A program made the position numbers and the translations under genes. DNA of 64,000 bases from Eledone cirrhosa (lineage: Eukaryota), in assembly GCA_964016885.1 (NCBI GenBank), contig OZ024740.1, positions 256,556,001 to 256,620,000 on the forward strand, in the 5' to 3' direction. Below the pieces are notes generated by a model. That model did no database searches. It saw only the letters and a program-made list of their open reading frames with translations, and was not told the DNA's origin. Shown here piece by piece: positions 26,499 through 40,574 of the stretch. Every line of letters begins with the position of its first letter. Within the stretch, counting starts at the first letter, position 1.

Positions 26499-28245
26499 CT
26501 TCCCGTATTTCACCTGCTGTTATCGGCTTTTCGCTATACTGCGCTGCGGTCGTCGAGAGCTGCGGCAGTCCGTCGAGGTATGCACTGAAGATCATACTCC
26601 GATCCGGCCCGACGCCGCTCCCAAACAGTTGAGAAAAGTGCTGCTGAAAAGCCTCACACATCTGCTCGGGTTCGAGTAACATGTGTCCGTTTTGGTCAGG
26701 AAAAGTTTGAATTGTGGCTTTGTTGCCAATCGCACCTCCACCATCCGGGCCCATTCGACGGCTTTTGTCCCTTCGTGTCAAAGAGCACGCGCTCTAGCTC
26801 TGACAACGCAGCCTTCGTGCTTTGCGTTGAAGAATTGCTCGAGTGCCAATCTCGCCGCAAGCACGTCGGTTGCGATGCCTGTCCTAAACGCCTCTTCTAG
26901 CTTTCTAACTACTTCTCTCTCTACTCTATTTTCCTCTATCACTACTCCTTTGCTAAACCTTCTACTCTAATAGCCCTTTTCAGTGTAAATCACGACCTGT
27001 TGTTGACGATCGCACCCGTCAACGCACGCTTAACTAATTCGCTTATCCGGTCTCTGTAAGCTTTGCCCCACAGGAAAGATGCGTTCAGCTTCCAGTAACC
27101 AGGTCCTTGCCTATGATGTCTATCTAAGTCGACTTCACAAATCACAAATGTGTGGTCCTTGTAGTCGACTACTTTAAATTGTGGACAACCTACGCTAGTC
27201 TTATCTGTTTCCCTACAGAATACCCTATCTAGATGCGATCTGGATGACCCGATGCGGTTTGCCCATATCTACATTGGCACATTCGTATACTCCAGACGAT
27301 ACCTGTCAGACTGTTGAAAATGTGTGAATAGGTATTGAGGCTTTTACATCATCCTACCTTATGTACTAGCCCCACACAATCCCAGCGTGCATCTAAGATA
27401 CCGTTCCAGTTACCCAGTAACACTAAAGAGCGGGATGTTCACAGAAAGGTCTCTAGACGTCTGAAGATCTGGCCGTCCTGCCCCTATCGGGGCGTAGACG
27501 GCTACTAGCCTGAAAGCATTGCCTTCGCTCCGGTCACGTTCAGCACCACCTACTTACACTCTGGATCCAGGAAGATGGCCCGTATGGCGATATCCAAGCC
27601 TCTCCGATAAAGCACAGCAACTCCGCCACCCCCACCCCGCCCGCTCCCGGACGGCTGGGAGATGTGTATACATCGTAGCCGCCGAGGATTGGTGCGAAGT
27701 CTCGTGCCTCGGAAATTCTGGTCTCGCTGATGGCTACCACATCTATGTTTACTGACCTGAGATCGTCAAGCAGATGGCCCTGCTTCCAAGATCACCCAGC
27801 CCACGTACATTTATACTGCCTATTCTAAGTAAGGACATGTTCGGTGAGGAATGGAGAAAGAGAGAAAGGATCACCTACCCTGATCGTGTGGGAAAGGGAC
27901 GCCTTTGGCTGGTCATGGGTGTCTCCAAGATAATGTTGGTAGATATCCACTTAGTAACCGACCCTCTGAAGACTCCAACTGCGTTGGGGAATTTTTCTTT
28001 TAAATGTTTATAATGTTCTATTTTAATTTCAATAATGTTTATATTTTTCGGGAGAATTCTTGGTGTTGGGGTGTAGTAATTTTTGTCTGTAATGTCTGTG
28101 TTCTAAGAGTTAAAAAGGATATTTTAAAAAGGATATTCTTTTTCTTTTCATTCATAATGTTTTCTCTTGTATTCACCTTCGCTAGAACGCTGTCTTGGTG
28201 ACATGTTGACAAAGTCTCCCGCTCTCTGTGTTGTCTGACACCGCT
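26499..28245 (-). mobile_element. Degenerate Tx1/L1-type LINE, endonuclease region
   Basis: VAISETRI, FRLVAVYAP, LGNWNGILD, SHLDRVFC, DH.FV, GPGYWKLNASFL, EKPITAGEIREAM. Confidence 0.82.
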
Positions 28246-28284
28246 CTCTCCCTTTTTTGTGATTCATGTTTGAAACGAACATTT

Positions 28285-29312
28285 TTACAGAATACGACAC
28301 CCCAGAAAGTCATTTCGGCAATCAAACAGATTTACGCAAACTCCAAGTGCTGGATACGGACAGAGGATGGTTACAGTGACTGATTTGAGGTGGTTACTGG
28401 CGTGCGTCAAGGTTGCTCGCTCTCTCCAATTCTCTTTGCCATAGCCATTGACTGGGTACTAAGAAGAGCCTCTAAAGACCAGGGTATATCTTGGGTGGGG
28501 GAGCAAAAGTTGTCTGACCTGGAGTTTGCGGACGATATTGCTGCACTTGCAGATAGCACAGCTGAGCTGCAATTCATTGTGAACAATATCAATGTCGAAG
28601 CAGGAAGCTTAGGTCTCAATATCAGTGCCAAGAAGATCAAAAGCATGTTATCTGGGATACACCACCACCAACCAGTGTCTTCATTGAACAGGGGGAGGTG
28701 GAGATAGTGGACAACTTCACCTACCTAGGAAGCTCCATTAACAATGAGGGCACCATGGACAGTGAACTGCAATGTAGAATGGGAAAGGCTTCAGCAGCAT
28801 TTAACCAGTTTGACAAGATCTGGAGGAGCAGGAATTTCACCCACAAAACAAAGATGAGATTCTACAACAGCAACGTGCTGTCCACACTCTTGTACGGAAG
28901 TGAAACATGGCACCTTAAGACCAGCCAAGAGAAGAAGTTGGGCGCATTCGATTCCAGATGTCTGCGAAAGATCCTGGGGATTAAATGGAGTGACCATGTA
29001 ACAAACCAGGAAGTCAGGAACTGCACCAACCAGCAGCTAGTCTCTTCTACCGTCTGCAAGCGACGCCTGGGCTGGTTTGGACACGCTTTGAGACTTCCCT
29101 CGGAGAGACTGGCGAACCAAGTACTTAAATAGAGCCCGCAGGGAAGCAGATGGCGAGGGCGACCCAAAATGAACTGGCGCCAGACAGTTGAGAGGGACCT
29201 GCGAGCGACAAACAGACAATGGCGGGACGCTGTGCAACTGGCTGCTGACCGAACGCGATGGAACACTATGATCGCCTCATGCGTCGCAAGACGCGGGAGC
29301 TTCTGAGTATGA
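28285..29312 (+). mobile_element. RTE-clade LINE 3' half (RT)
   Basis: GVRQGCSLSPILF, LSDLEFADDIA, FTYLGS, STLLYGSETW, RRLGWFGH. Confidence 0.92.
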
Positions 29313-29489
29313 GATAAAGGGGTGCCGTATTATTTACGAGTGGGTCACTTATTAGGCGGGTCACTTGCTCTAAACTCTTATCAAGTTTAAAACTTGAATA
29401 AAAGGTTAGGAACGGTTGAAATAGATGAATACTGTAAAAAAAAAATGGGGCCGATAACAAGCGTGGCTTCCCCTTCAATAATAATAATA

Positions 29490-30465
29490 ATGTTTTCTTT
29501 ATTAGCCACGAGGGTTGACATAAAGTATAACATTAGGGACAACACAGGACGGTGCAGGACTGTACAAATGTCCATTTATGCGTGTAAAGAACAAAACAAG
29601 GAAAATGACAAAAAAGAAACAAGGGAAAATTCCCCAATAGGGGGGAGACTTCCGAGGGACACTCGTGGAGAAATTCCATTAAAAAAAGCCACGGTGACCC
29701 TGACCTCCAGGGCAAGTGCCCTCTCCCAGTTTTCCACCTTCAATTTACAGGCGCATACTCAGAGCAGGCCCATTAATTCGGGCCATGCTTGCCTCTCTCA
29801 CCCATCTGTGAACAAAATGCGAAAAGAGCACTTCCCTCTTCACCCTGATTTTCCTTTTGAAATGAAATTTGAAAAAGTTAATCAGTGGTAAGTGCTTGTC
29901 TTCAGCCCTTTCAAACGCGTCCACCAGACGATCTCTTTCGCCATGGCCATCAGACAGATAAAAAGTTCCTGCCCTTCCTGGTGAAAGGAAGATGGAGGGG
30001 CAATCTTCACGATGGACTCACCTGATAGCCGGATCCGTCCTACACGCGACAGCAGATGTTCGACATAAACCCACAAGTCAGCAATGCTCGGACACTGGAC
30101 GAGTGCGTGCAGGACGGTTTCGTCGCCCTGCGCGCATCTCGGACAGGCCCGGCTGACGGCTCCTCCATGTCTGTAGAGTTTATCCCGAACTGGCAAATAT
30201 CCTCGGTAGCACTGCCAGCCAAGTAGTTGTCCATGAAAATGGTCCATGGGACCCGATCGAAAGTTCTCCCGAAGAGATTGGCTAGTGGATTTTCGCCAAC
30301 TCCCAGAGTCTCCCCAAAGACGTCCCCGCTCTTTCCCTCCACTAACCCTTTATAGAACGCCGAGGTGGAGTTTCCACTGATCCCATTGCCCGATTGGTCG
30401 AGGGCTGTAAGTGCCTGGAGATATTCCAGTCTTCAAGCGCTCCCTCTCATTCTTCGAGCTGAGGA
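29490..30465 (-). mobile_element. Tx1/L1-type LINE 3' end with zinc-binding (zf-RVT-like) region
   Basis: LPVRDKLYRHG...CPRC...ETVLHALVQC...W; on the minus strand it ends AATAAAAGAAAACA followed by (TTA)n. Confidence 0.85.
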
Positions 30466-30519
30466 AATACGCGTCTAGCAAACGGCAACAGTTGACAGCC
30501 TGACAGCCTGGCAGAATGT

Positions 30520-32300
30520 TAGGTGACAACCTACCAAACTACATCCAGGCTATGCAAACCTACATCACGAACACAAGTGAAGTAACACCACAAGAGCATG
30601 AGGAAAGGGAAAATACCCTCAACGCTCATGTGATGATGAGGACTAGCGTAATGTAGCTTAATAAACGGACTGCCAACAACTTCCAGGCCTGGAACAACGA
30701 TCAATGCTGTATGGGCTTCGCACAAACCACAAGGCAAATAGTGACCCAGTCACAGGACCACCAACACGGCCAGTGTATGGAGCTAACATTGCTAGCAACT
30801 ACAAACTCTCCTACTTCTTCTCCCTGATCATACGACCTATCATCGAAATGTCCCCAGATATATGCGACAGCACGGAGGTCCTCCTGAGCAGAATCAGAGT
30901 ATTAAAGTTACTATAGATTACCCAAATAAACACCACAGCCATAGATTACCCGTACTAGACACAGAACTCTGGTAGGAAACTATTAATAAAGTAATAGAAC
31001 GCAAATCCTCCATTCGCATTATGCCAAACCCTTGACCTCCAAATACCTAATCCATCGAACCATAAAAAAATCAATATACTGATTGCGGATGAGAAAAGTA
31101 TCCCGCATGTGAAACCCCAAATAATTAGAGAGACAGATACAACACTTCATCCACCGCATGCTGCAATCAGCGAGACAAGATCAGGGTATATAAAGGAGCT
31201 AGAACCAAATGGACAAAGATTGTAGAAAATGATGCAAATGGAACTTGCCGTATGTATAGGAGCAGATTTTGGAACAGAATAGAAAGGATTAGGAATAAAG
31301 CAAATAGAATAAACTCATGGTATGATAGCAATAAATACCAGAGTCTAATGTTCGTCAATAAAACCCCTAGAGGCGAACTAGCTCATAGATTTAGAAGGGC
31401 CCTTGGCAAGCTCAAACGAAATATTAAGATAGTTGAAAGACCAGGTATTCCCATAAAAACCCTAATTAGCAAAACATACCCATTCCAAAGATCCCCCTGC
31501 AAGCTAAGCCCACAAATTAACTGCAACACAAGGAACGTAGTATATAACATAAGCTGTACTGAGGGACAGTGTAGGAATAAGAATATAACATACATAGGTG
31601 AAACAGCCCATAGCATAGGAGGAAGGATAAGTGAACACTGGCAAGAACAACGTGATAGGAAAAACTCATCTGTACTCCACCAACATGCCAAAGTAGAACA
31701 TAGGGGCACATTAGAGAACATAGATATAAAAATTATATCAACACACAGAAAAGATGCAATGCTCAGGCAAATCATAGAGGCAACAAATATAAACGAACTC
31801 CAACCAAAATTATACAGAAAACATGAATGGAATAGCAACAACACAACTAGTAATTAAGGATAAAACGAAGACATTCAGAAACACACAAACACCAAACTAA
31901 CAAAACAAATCAGACACACACAAATAGAACAAACAACCAGCTATTGACAAATAAATAAACACATAAATAAATAAAAACTCACACACCCACCCAGAAGTAA
32001 CGCGTGTGCAAACTAAGCACACAGCACACAAAAACAAAATGGTGTAGGACAGAACAAAGGAGAAGCACACAAAATAAAAACCCAGTCACTGAGGAGGTCA
32101 CAGAATGTGTGACGAAAGAAGTTTGACAATATATAAACAACCTTCCGGTTATCGAACCAACCAACCGGAAATTTACAATAAATTGAAGTGAATATCAACA
32201 AGTGCCTTTGTTTTTATTGAAAACTTGACCTCCCAAAGTATAACAATATCTGTTTCAAAACACGTTTTCAGATAAGAAATCTCGCAAAACAAATTCAAAA
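30520..32300 (+). mobile_element. Internally deleted Penelope-like element (RT N-terminal part, GIY-YIG, 3' HHR)
   Basis: LYGLR..HK...PPTRPV.GAN and CDSTE.LLSRI; ORF 31252-31857 has FVNKTPRGELA, NVVYNISC...YIGETAHSIGGRISEH, RQIIEATNI. Confidence 0.88.
32085..32127 (+). ncRNA. Minimal type I hammerhead ribozyme in the 3' region of a Penelope-like element
   Basis: GUCA-CUGAGGA-G-GUCAC(AGAAUGU)GUGAC-GAAA-GAAG-UU-UGAC, about 230 bp downstream of the GIY-YIG ORF 31252-31857. Confidence 0.75.
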
Positions 32301-32303
32301 ACG

Positions 32304-32372
<69 letters not shown>

Positions 32373-32416
32373 AGAGTATTGAAGTTTGCTTGAAGCATTG
32401 TGGAACAATAAGTAAA

Positions 32417-33231
32417 TATCTTTAAGTCGATTGGAAACCTCGACAATGCAAATGGGTAAATCTCCGGGTAACAAGGTCCGGTTGTGGAGAGAGGGATGTA
32501 AGTGGGTGTACGTTGAGATGCGTGGTGTGTATAAGATGTGTGAGATGTGTAGAATGAAGGGAAGAGTATAAAGGATAAAATAAAAATAACAACACAAGAG
32601 AGAGTTACCTTGGGAGAGATTTAATAGTCCCTATATATTTTGGATTCACATCCATCAACTGGGTTTTTTTTTCCGGGGTGGGGGAAAAGGTTGTCTGTCG
32701 GACAAGTCCGGAACGCGTCCTTCGCTGTTTGTTGTTTTGAATATCTGAGGTATTCGGCAGAGCGCGCGTGCGCGTGAAATGGGGTCGGTCGTACAGAGGT
32801 CAGCGGCCGAATGAGGGAGTGGGATGGCGCTAGCTGTCAGTCCATTCTCTGTCTGTTTGTTACGACCGACCCCATTTCACGCGCACGCGCGCTCTGCCGA
32901 ATACCTCAGATATTCAAAACAACAAACAGCGAAGGACGCGTTCCGGACTTGTCCGACAGACAACCTTTTCCCCCACCCCGGAAAAAAACCCCAGTTGATG
33001 GATGTGAATCCGAAATATATAGGGACTATTAAATCTCTCCCAAGGTAACTCTCTCTTGTGTTGTTATTTTTATTTTATCCTGTATACTCTTCCCTTCATT
33101 CTACACATCTCACACATCTTATACACACCACGCATCTCAACGTACACCCACTTACATCTCTCTCTCCACCACCGGACCTTGTTACCCGGAGATTTACCCG
33201 TTTGCATTGTCGAGGCTTCCAAACGACTTAA

Positions 33232-33236
<5 letters not shown>
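32417..33236. repeat. Large palindrome (about 378-bp arms, about 65-bp spacer) between (AT)n tracts
   Basis: 32417-32794 is the near-identical reverse complement of 32860-33236. The ORF track shows mirror-image peptides (MCCYFYFILY...) on the two strands. Confidence 0.95.
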
Positions 33237-33286
<50 letters not shown>

Positions 33287-33287
<1 letters not shown>

Positions 33288-33547
33288 AAGGCGGGTAAAA
33301 TTCCCGAGATCCATGGACGAGTTCTCTCCAGCGGTCTCTGTCCCTCATTATCGCTGCCATGTCCTGCGTCTCCAACACACCAGTGTCTGTCCTTAGGGCA
33401 TCAACATACGTTAACCTTGGTCTTCCTCTTCTAGTGTGTCCATGTAGGGGCTCCCAAAGGAGCACTGAGTGCAATGTCAACTCTGGATGTCGGTGAGCAT
33501 GTCCAGCCAACCTCAGTCTCCGCTGTGTCACTTTTGAGCTGACTTTT
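33287..33547 (-). mobile_element. 3' fragment of the RTE family at 4480-6631
   Basis: RRLRLAGHAHRHPE...WEPLHGHTRRGRPRLTY...DRDRWR. Confidence 0.85.
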
Positions 33548-35469
33548 GACACACATATATGCATATACGCACATACACATATATACACTTATATACACAT
33601 GTACACATGCATGCACATACATACATATACATATATAAATATGTAAACATTTGGTATCAAGTTAGATTGTTATTAGCTACCACATCAAGACGTATATAAT
33701 TCATATAATATGGAAATGGCCTCACCAATATCTAAACCCTTTTTTACTTTGATTAAGAAACATTTCCCCTTAGTTAAAATATCCTATCCCAAATCTCCCA
33801 ACCTCGTACACAACATCACTGCATTTAACTTAGCGGAATTACCTAGCCGAAGTAATATAAACAATCCAGAAGATAGTTCTAGCTATTAAGCAATATAGTT
33901 TACAAATGTAGTTTTGTATATGCTTTCTTCGGTCGTAATAAGCGTCATTAAAACTGTAATTTCCTTGTTTAAAAACCAGGTTTCAAACCATTGTAAAGTA
34001 AAAAATATACACAGTAATATTAGGAATATCTGAATTTCTGAAAAGATATTTTTCATCGATATTTGTGAAACATATACTTGAGCACGTACTACAGTCATTT
34101 ACTTAATCTATTTTAAACCTGTAAGCCTTGTTTATTTATTTTATATCGTTATGTTTTCACATTAAATACTGTGTAAATAATATTTATATTCTATTCATAT
34201 CTTCCTTTTCTTTTTTCTTTCCTATTTTCAGTAAATGTTACACAGTAAAAAGTTTTATTATTTTATTTTTTGCTACAGGCAAAACGTACAACAATCAGTT
34301 TTGTTTATCCTATTTCTCGTGCACCAAAGACTGCTTGTTTCTGATATCTTTTGCTGATTTTTTCGATTCTCTAAAATAGTAATTTCATTTCGTTGTATTT
34401 TTAATTGATTGATTACTGAAATATCATAATTGGTGCTCTTTCGCTAAGGTATTTTTAGAGCATTATATTTTCGACTTATTTTAATTTCTGTTTTTTGTTT
34501 TATTCATATTTTTGGTTAATTGATTATTATAATTGAAATATGGAAGACAATGACGATACAAATACATAGGTAGATGAGAGCCGCACTCACTGAAATTGCA
34601 AATTAAAGGAACTACAACTTATGCTCAGTGAATGGAGTTCAGCTAAAGGCTCTCTTTCAAACAAACTAATTAAGGAGACCCTGCAGAGCTCTGGGTTTCT
34701 GCAAAAATAGAATGAATTTGTTCGTGCCTACTCACTTGTTTGGCTACACATGGATCAGCTTAGCCATATTCTCACGGAGGATACGAAAGTAGACGAAAAA
34801 TAAAAAAGTACGCGCCGGAAAGGACCCACAGATGCCCGGAAGATCTGCGCCGCAGACAACATACGTGAAGACGATGAAAAAGAAAATTAAATACTGGAAT
34901 GCAACAAAGATAAACTAGAGAACCACCAGGTGAACCCTGATAAGAAGAAAAACGTAAGTAGACTGGAGTTGACCACTGGATAGATGCTAAGGCGAAGAAG
35001 ACTAAAACTAAGAAAAATAGAAACCCTGGGAAAAAGAAAGCCAAGACTTCTATATGTTATACAAGAAAGTAAATTGCTGACACGGGGAACCTGGGGCACG
35101 CTGCTGTTTAGCACAACCCAGACTCTATACAAGTTGCGCCTAACTGGCTCATGCCAACTGCCCATGCCAAAAGGTGGGCCAACAACGCAGCACACAGGGT
35201 CACTGCCCAGGAATTATGCTGAAGTTGTATGCACTACCCCTATGAAGGGAAGACGGTATACGGAAGCAGTACAGACTGTAGCTGCAGAACAACAGTCTTT
35301 TTTTTAAATAGCAGAAAAGATTGTGAGACACTTGACTTGGCTTCATCAAATACAAAGCCAAAGTCAGTCACACCAACATTGGCGACCACCGCAAATAAAG
35401 GACTCAGGGTGGCCACCACTGAAACCCACGAAAATGCTATATCAGCAGCCACCACTGACACCATAAATG

Positions 35470-37620
35470 TCACACCAGTGCTATTACTGAATGTGAGAGG
35501 CCTAGTAAAACTGACCAAAATGTGTAAGATCACCTACCTAAGAGACCTAGCCATAATCAATATACATGGGACTAACTGAAACTCATCTGACAGCTAGCAT
35601 AGCAGTTACGGAGATACACATGCCAAAGTATGTTGTATTTCTTACTGACAGGAGAGGGAGAACTCATGATGGAGTTGCTTTGTACATCCATGCAGATGTC
35701 ACATCATTAGTACTGTTCTCACATTCCAACTCACGTCTGTGACACACTAATAGTACACATAAAGCAACTCAAAATGTTAATATGTGTCACATATCGACCA
35801 CCAGATACCCCCAGACATGAGGACCAGTTTGAAGATAGCCTCAGAAGGATTGAAGAAGTGCTCATCATTTGGGATCAGCGTCTACACATTTTACTGCTGG
35901 GAGATTTCAACTACTCCAAGATCAAATGGTCCAAAGGCCAGCCCCTCTCAGGAATAAATGCACCTGGACAAAGTCAGACAGAATCCTTGTTGGGTCTTTC
36001 AAACAGAATTTTCATGGAACAAATATTACTCCACCCAACAAGAGGTATATCCTGGATCTCTGCTTCACTAATAACATGGAGTTCATCCACAATGTGAAAG
36101 TAACACCAACTATTTTCTCAGACCATAGCATAGTAGAACTAGGAATATATAGTCCGAAAAAGACTGTATATATACAACCAACAGGAAGCACTCGGTGCCG
36201 AACCAGCCTAAACTTACATAAACCTAAGAGAAAAAAGCTTTAGGAGGAGTTCCAGAAGCAAAACTGGACCGACGGTCTCTCTGTGGGAGATGTCAACATG
36301 CAACTTGAGCAATTCATGGAAAAAATACAAGCCATATGCTCCAAGTTTGCCCTGAAAATAAAGGCCAACAGACAAGAATATTATTCCCAGAGACAGTAGA
36401 ATACTTATGAGAAGAAAAACGAAGATCTCAAAATGGCTAGACACCCAAGCAAGGAACAAGAGGGGATCCCATTTGAAGCAGACACTGTTTTAAACTGAAA
36501 CTGATCAATTTTCTAGAGGAAAATGATCTTCTAACTGACACCCAGTAAGGCATTCGCACGGGCAAAAGACTTACGCAGCTCTTGCAGCATTATGACAGGA
36601 TACTCAAACAACTGCTAGATCGTTCGAACGTGGATGTGATATATCTCAACTTTGGGAAGGCCTTCGACAAGGTTGATCATGGAATGATACGCCATAAACT
36701 ACGTAACTTTGGCATAGCTGGAAAACAAGGTGAATGGCTTCTTGACCTTTTGAAAGCCAGAAGCCAGACTGTTGCAGCCAACGGGATCCTCTCAAAGGAA
36801 ATGTCAATAACAAACGGTATGCCTCAGGGAACTATTTTAGAGCCACTACTGTTTATGCTAGCTCTCTCTGACATGCCCTCTGTAATATAGACAGCCTCCC
36901 CCATAACACGAAATTAGCACAGGAAATCAAGAAGCAGGTTGATGCTACTCTCATACAAAATTTAGATTTCGCAAATGGATGGGCTGAAAACAAGAATATG
37001 CAATTTAATGCAGATAAATTTCAAGCATTCCGCTCTCAACCCACAAACATAGGTCCACTACAACAAATGTACACTGGACCAGGAGGAATCGAAATCCTCG
37101 TGACAAAATTAATAAGCCACCTGGGTATTGCTATGAGCAATGATGCATTGTTTCATGCACACATCACTAAAATGACGGCAATGTGCAGATGTCTGGCATA
37201 TTGGATCTGAGGGCATTCAGGACATGAGACCCGGAAACCTTGTTGGTCCTCTGGAGGACTTTCGTCCTCAGCCGACTGAACTATTGTTCTCGGTTGTGGG
37301 TGCCCAATATTGTCAATCTAACTACATAACTTGAAGAAATCTAATGAAGCTACACCAAGAGGATAACCTAAATGAAAGAGATTAGCTACCGAGAGAGAGA
37401 CTGATAAAACTAAAGCTTTACTCCCTCGGGCGGAGACCGGAGAAATACGCAATGATATACATATAGAAGATCCTTGAAAATTTAGCAACAAACTTTGGCA
37501 TTGAAGGCAGAACACGTAGACGAACAGGATGCTACTGTGTAGTGCCAAAGATCTCATCCGTCGCATCGAGAATAGGGACCACATACTGCAACAGCCTTGG
37601 GTTTGGGATAGGCATTTCGA
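35470..37620 (+). mobile_element. Degenerate CR1/L2-type LINE ORF2 (endonuclease and RT)
   Basis: LLNVRGL, LICVTYRPP, LLGDFNY, LDLCFTNN, FSDH, DVIYLNFGKAFDKVDHG, GMPQGTILEPLLF, MQFNADKF. Confidence 0.88.
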
Positions 37621-38214
37621 AAATTCTTGCATATTTCACTTACTGATTGAATGTACGATATCAGTCAGTTAATCTCTTTCTATACGCGGAGTTTGTTATT
37701 ATATGCTGTAATGATTTAGCACAAATATCTGACAAGTTTGTTAATTAAAATGTTTAATGTATCTTTACTAGCAAACAGATCGTTGGAAAATTAATAAAAT
37801 ACTAATGTAAAAACTTTAATGTTTAATGCAATGCAGTCATAATGCTGTTTTGGTACTTTTCAACAATATCTTGCTAATGTAGTATCATGTTTTACAGGAC
37901 GTTATGAGTGAAATATTTAGTAATAAAACTAAATGAGCCAAACTTTATGGCTAAAAATTAGTAAATTTATAATCTGAGTAGAAACGTTGAAAGTTTTGAA
38001 GCATAAATAATTAAATTCTCCCTAATTCTGAAAAGATGTTCTCATCGGCTGGGTATCTGATCTCCACAAAAGGAATATTTATGGGAATGCTCTATAAAAT
38101 ATTTGTATTATAACGAATGAATATGACATAAATATGACGGTTTAAGATTTTCATTGTTCAATGGGCCTATTTTCACTGCAGCTATATCTGTGTAGATCGC
38201 TGCGACTCTACAGA

Positions 38215-40300
38215 TGCACCTGAAGAAACGGATACAAGAAAATCCAAGGCCCTACACGGTAGAGAAGCTGAAAGTACCTCGAAGGATACAGCAGTAGCAA
38301 CTGTTGCTGTACAACCGGTTCCAGAAGCTGGGTGAGGCAGCGGTTCTGGAGGAACAGTGGGCGCTATTTAAAACTGCCGTGACTGAAGTAGCGCAGGAGG
38401 CTGTGGCAAGAAGGCGCAGAACGAGAATTGAGCGGTGGCTTCGCGAACCAAATTGGGAACTGATCAATGAGCAGAAAAAAGACAAAGAGCCAAAGGCACA
38501 CCGCCAAAACGGAGGAAGAAAGGAAGAAAACGGACGCTGCGCACCGGCAGGCTAATAAAAGCTGCTGACGAGATCAACGGGCCTGGCTGGAAAAAAAAGA
38601 AGAGGCAGAAAAGGCAGCCAGTAGAAACGACACGAGAACACCATACTGCATCGTGAGAGAAATGACTGGGGCAGGGAGCAATCCAGGTATGCCAGTGAAA
38701 GACAGAAGCAGCAAGACCTCTGTGATAGCAGACGAACAAGACCAGAACATTTCCGGGAGACACTAAACCAACCGACTCCAATTGCCCTGTCTGCCTTTGA
38801 CACAGAACCAGCGGTAACTGGTGTACCGCTCCAAGTCTGAAAGGACCAAATTACCGAACTGGAAGCAAGAGGTGCTATCAAGGCTCTGAAGGACAACAAG
38901 GCCGGTAGTCTCGACGAGATCTCTGCAGAGATACTGAAGTCTGGTGAAGATAACACTATCACAGCAATTAACAGGCTGATGAAGCACTGCTGGCAACAGG
39001 GTGTCATTGCTAAACTACTGAAGAAGGGAATCTAACAGATTGTAACAACTGGTGTAGCATCACACTGCTGTCGGTCCCGGACAAAGTGTTCAGCAGACTG
39101 TTGCTACGAAGGCTACAACAATATATAGACTCTATATTCTGTAAAGGACAAGCGGGTTTCCGAAGCAACCGTTCGTACACAGATCTTTGAACAGATCTTT
39201 ACACTGCGCAACATCATTGAGCAGTGCATCGAGCTAGAAAAGCCGATGGTAGTCCACTTCATTGACTTTCAAAGAGTATTTGACAGCGTGCACAAGGAGT
39301 CACTGTGGAACATTGTACGCTTGCATTGTATTGCAAAGTTTCATCACCACATTCAAAGGCCTATACGCCAACTCGGGTTGTTGCGGGGGAACTGAATCCG
39401 GTAAAACAGAGTTCTTCGACATCAAACAAAGCTGTCTCGTCTCTTCCCTGTTGTTCCTGCTGGCTGCTGATTTCATATTGAAAAAAGATGGAAAGACCTG
39501 GATTTTGCCGACGACATCGCCTCGCTACTCGAGGACAATGCGAACCAGCACTAACTAACAATCTCCCTGCAGCCGAACGCCGAGATGTTCGGGTTACAAG
39601 TCAACACCGAAAAGACCAAGGTTATGTTTATGAAGGTGGGAAGCGACCGCAACCAGGCGGCTGCAGCTAAGGTGAATCAACAGAAGTTGGACGAGGTCGA
39701 CCGCTTCACGTATCTTGGCATCATCCTGAGCAACAGTGGTGACATTGAGCTGGACATCAACTGCAGGATTGGATAGGTGACTGCGGTGTTGCAACGGATG
39801 CACTCGATTGGTCAAACACAGCCATCAGCGCATACATCAAGCTGCTCTTGTACACTAGCATTGTACTTCCTACGGCCATCTGCATCCGTGAAACATGGAA
39901 ACTGCCAGACGGATAGGCGTCTAAATACTTTCCATCAAAGGTACCTGCTAAGGTGCTAAAGATCAACTGCTAAGATCTGGTTAGGAACGAAGAGACATTG
40001 CGGGGAGCAGGGTCACGTTCACTGCAAGCGATCGTCATGGAGCGTCGGTTCCGTTTTGCGGGTCACGTTCTGCGCCTCCCAGAACCTGGCCCGTCAAAAA
40101 CAGTGATGGCGTGGACTCCGCCCGAAAGCAAGAGGAAAAGAGGCCGACAGAAGATGATCTGGCGGTGGACATTCCAAGGCAAACTACAAACCATCAACAT
40201 CACCTGGAACGGATATAAACGAGCTGCTGCCATCCGATAGCGTTGGAGATGATTGGTTGAATTATGTTCCCCACGGAACAAACCGGGCTAAGAGCTAACA
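38215..40300 (+). mobile_element. Degenerate RTE-clade LINE
   Basis: LYNRFQKL, NKAGSLDEISAEILK, ITLLSVPDKVF, QIFTLRNIIEQ, FIDFQRVFDSV, DLDFADDIA, FTYLG, RFRFAGHVLR, KRKRGRQK..W. Confidence 0.9.
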
Positions 40301-40574
40301 ACTGTGTGGGTTAGACGATGGCTTCGCAAGAACGTGGTTCAAGGTTCAATCACGCTATGCGTAGCCTTCGGCAAATGTATCGAACTAGACAAAAGGAGTT
40401 TGTGCTAGTACGTTGAACTTTCCCACTTGCTCAATGAACTCATGGGACTTGCATTTCCGAAGCGCCAGTCCGTGATTCAGAGCGCACACATTTAGTTATT
40501 AGTGGTAAGTTCGGGATTTGCTTTTTTAACGATTTACAAACATTTGTTTCCAATAGTTTATAACTTTGCCTATT

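Noticed and set aside
31252-31857. Stand-alone host GIY-YIG nuclease gene
   Set aside because: Preceded by broken Penelope RT motifs and followed by a pseudo-LTR hammerhead; it is part of a decayed retroelement.
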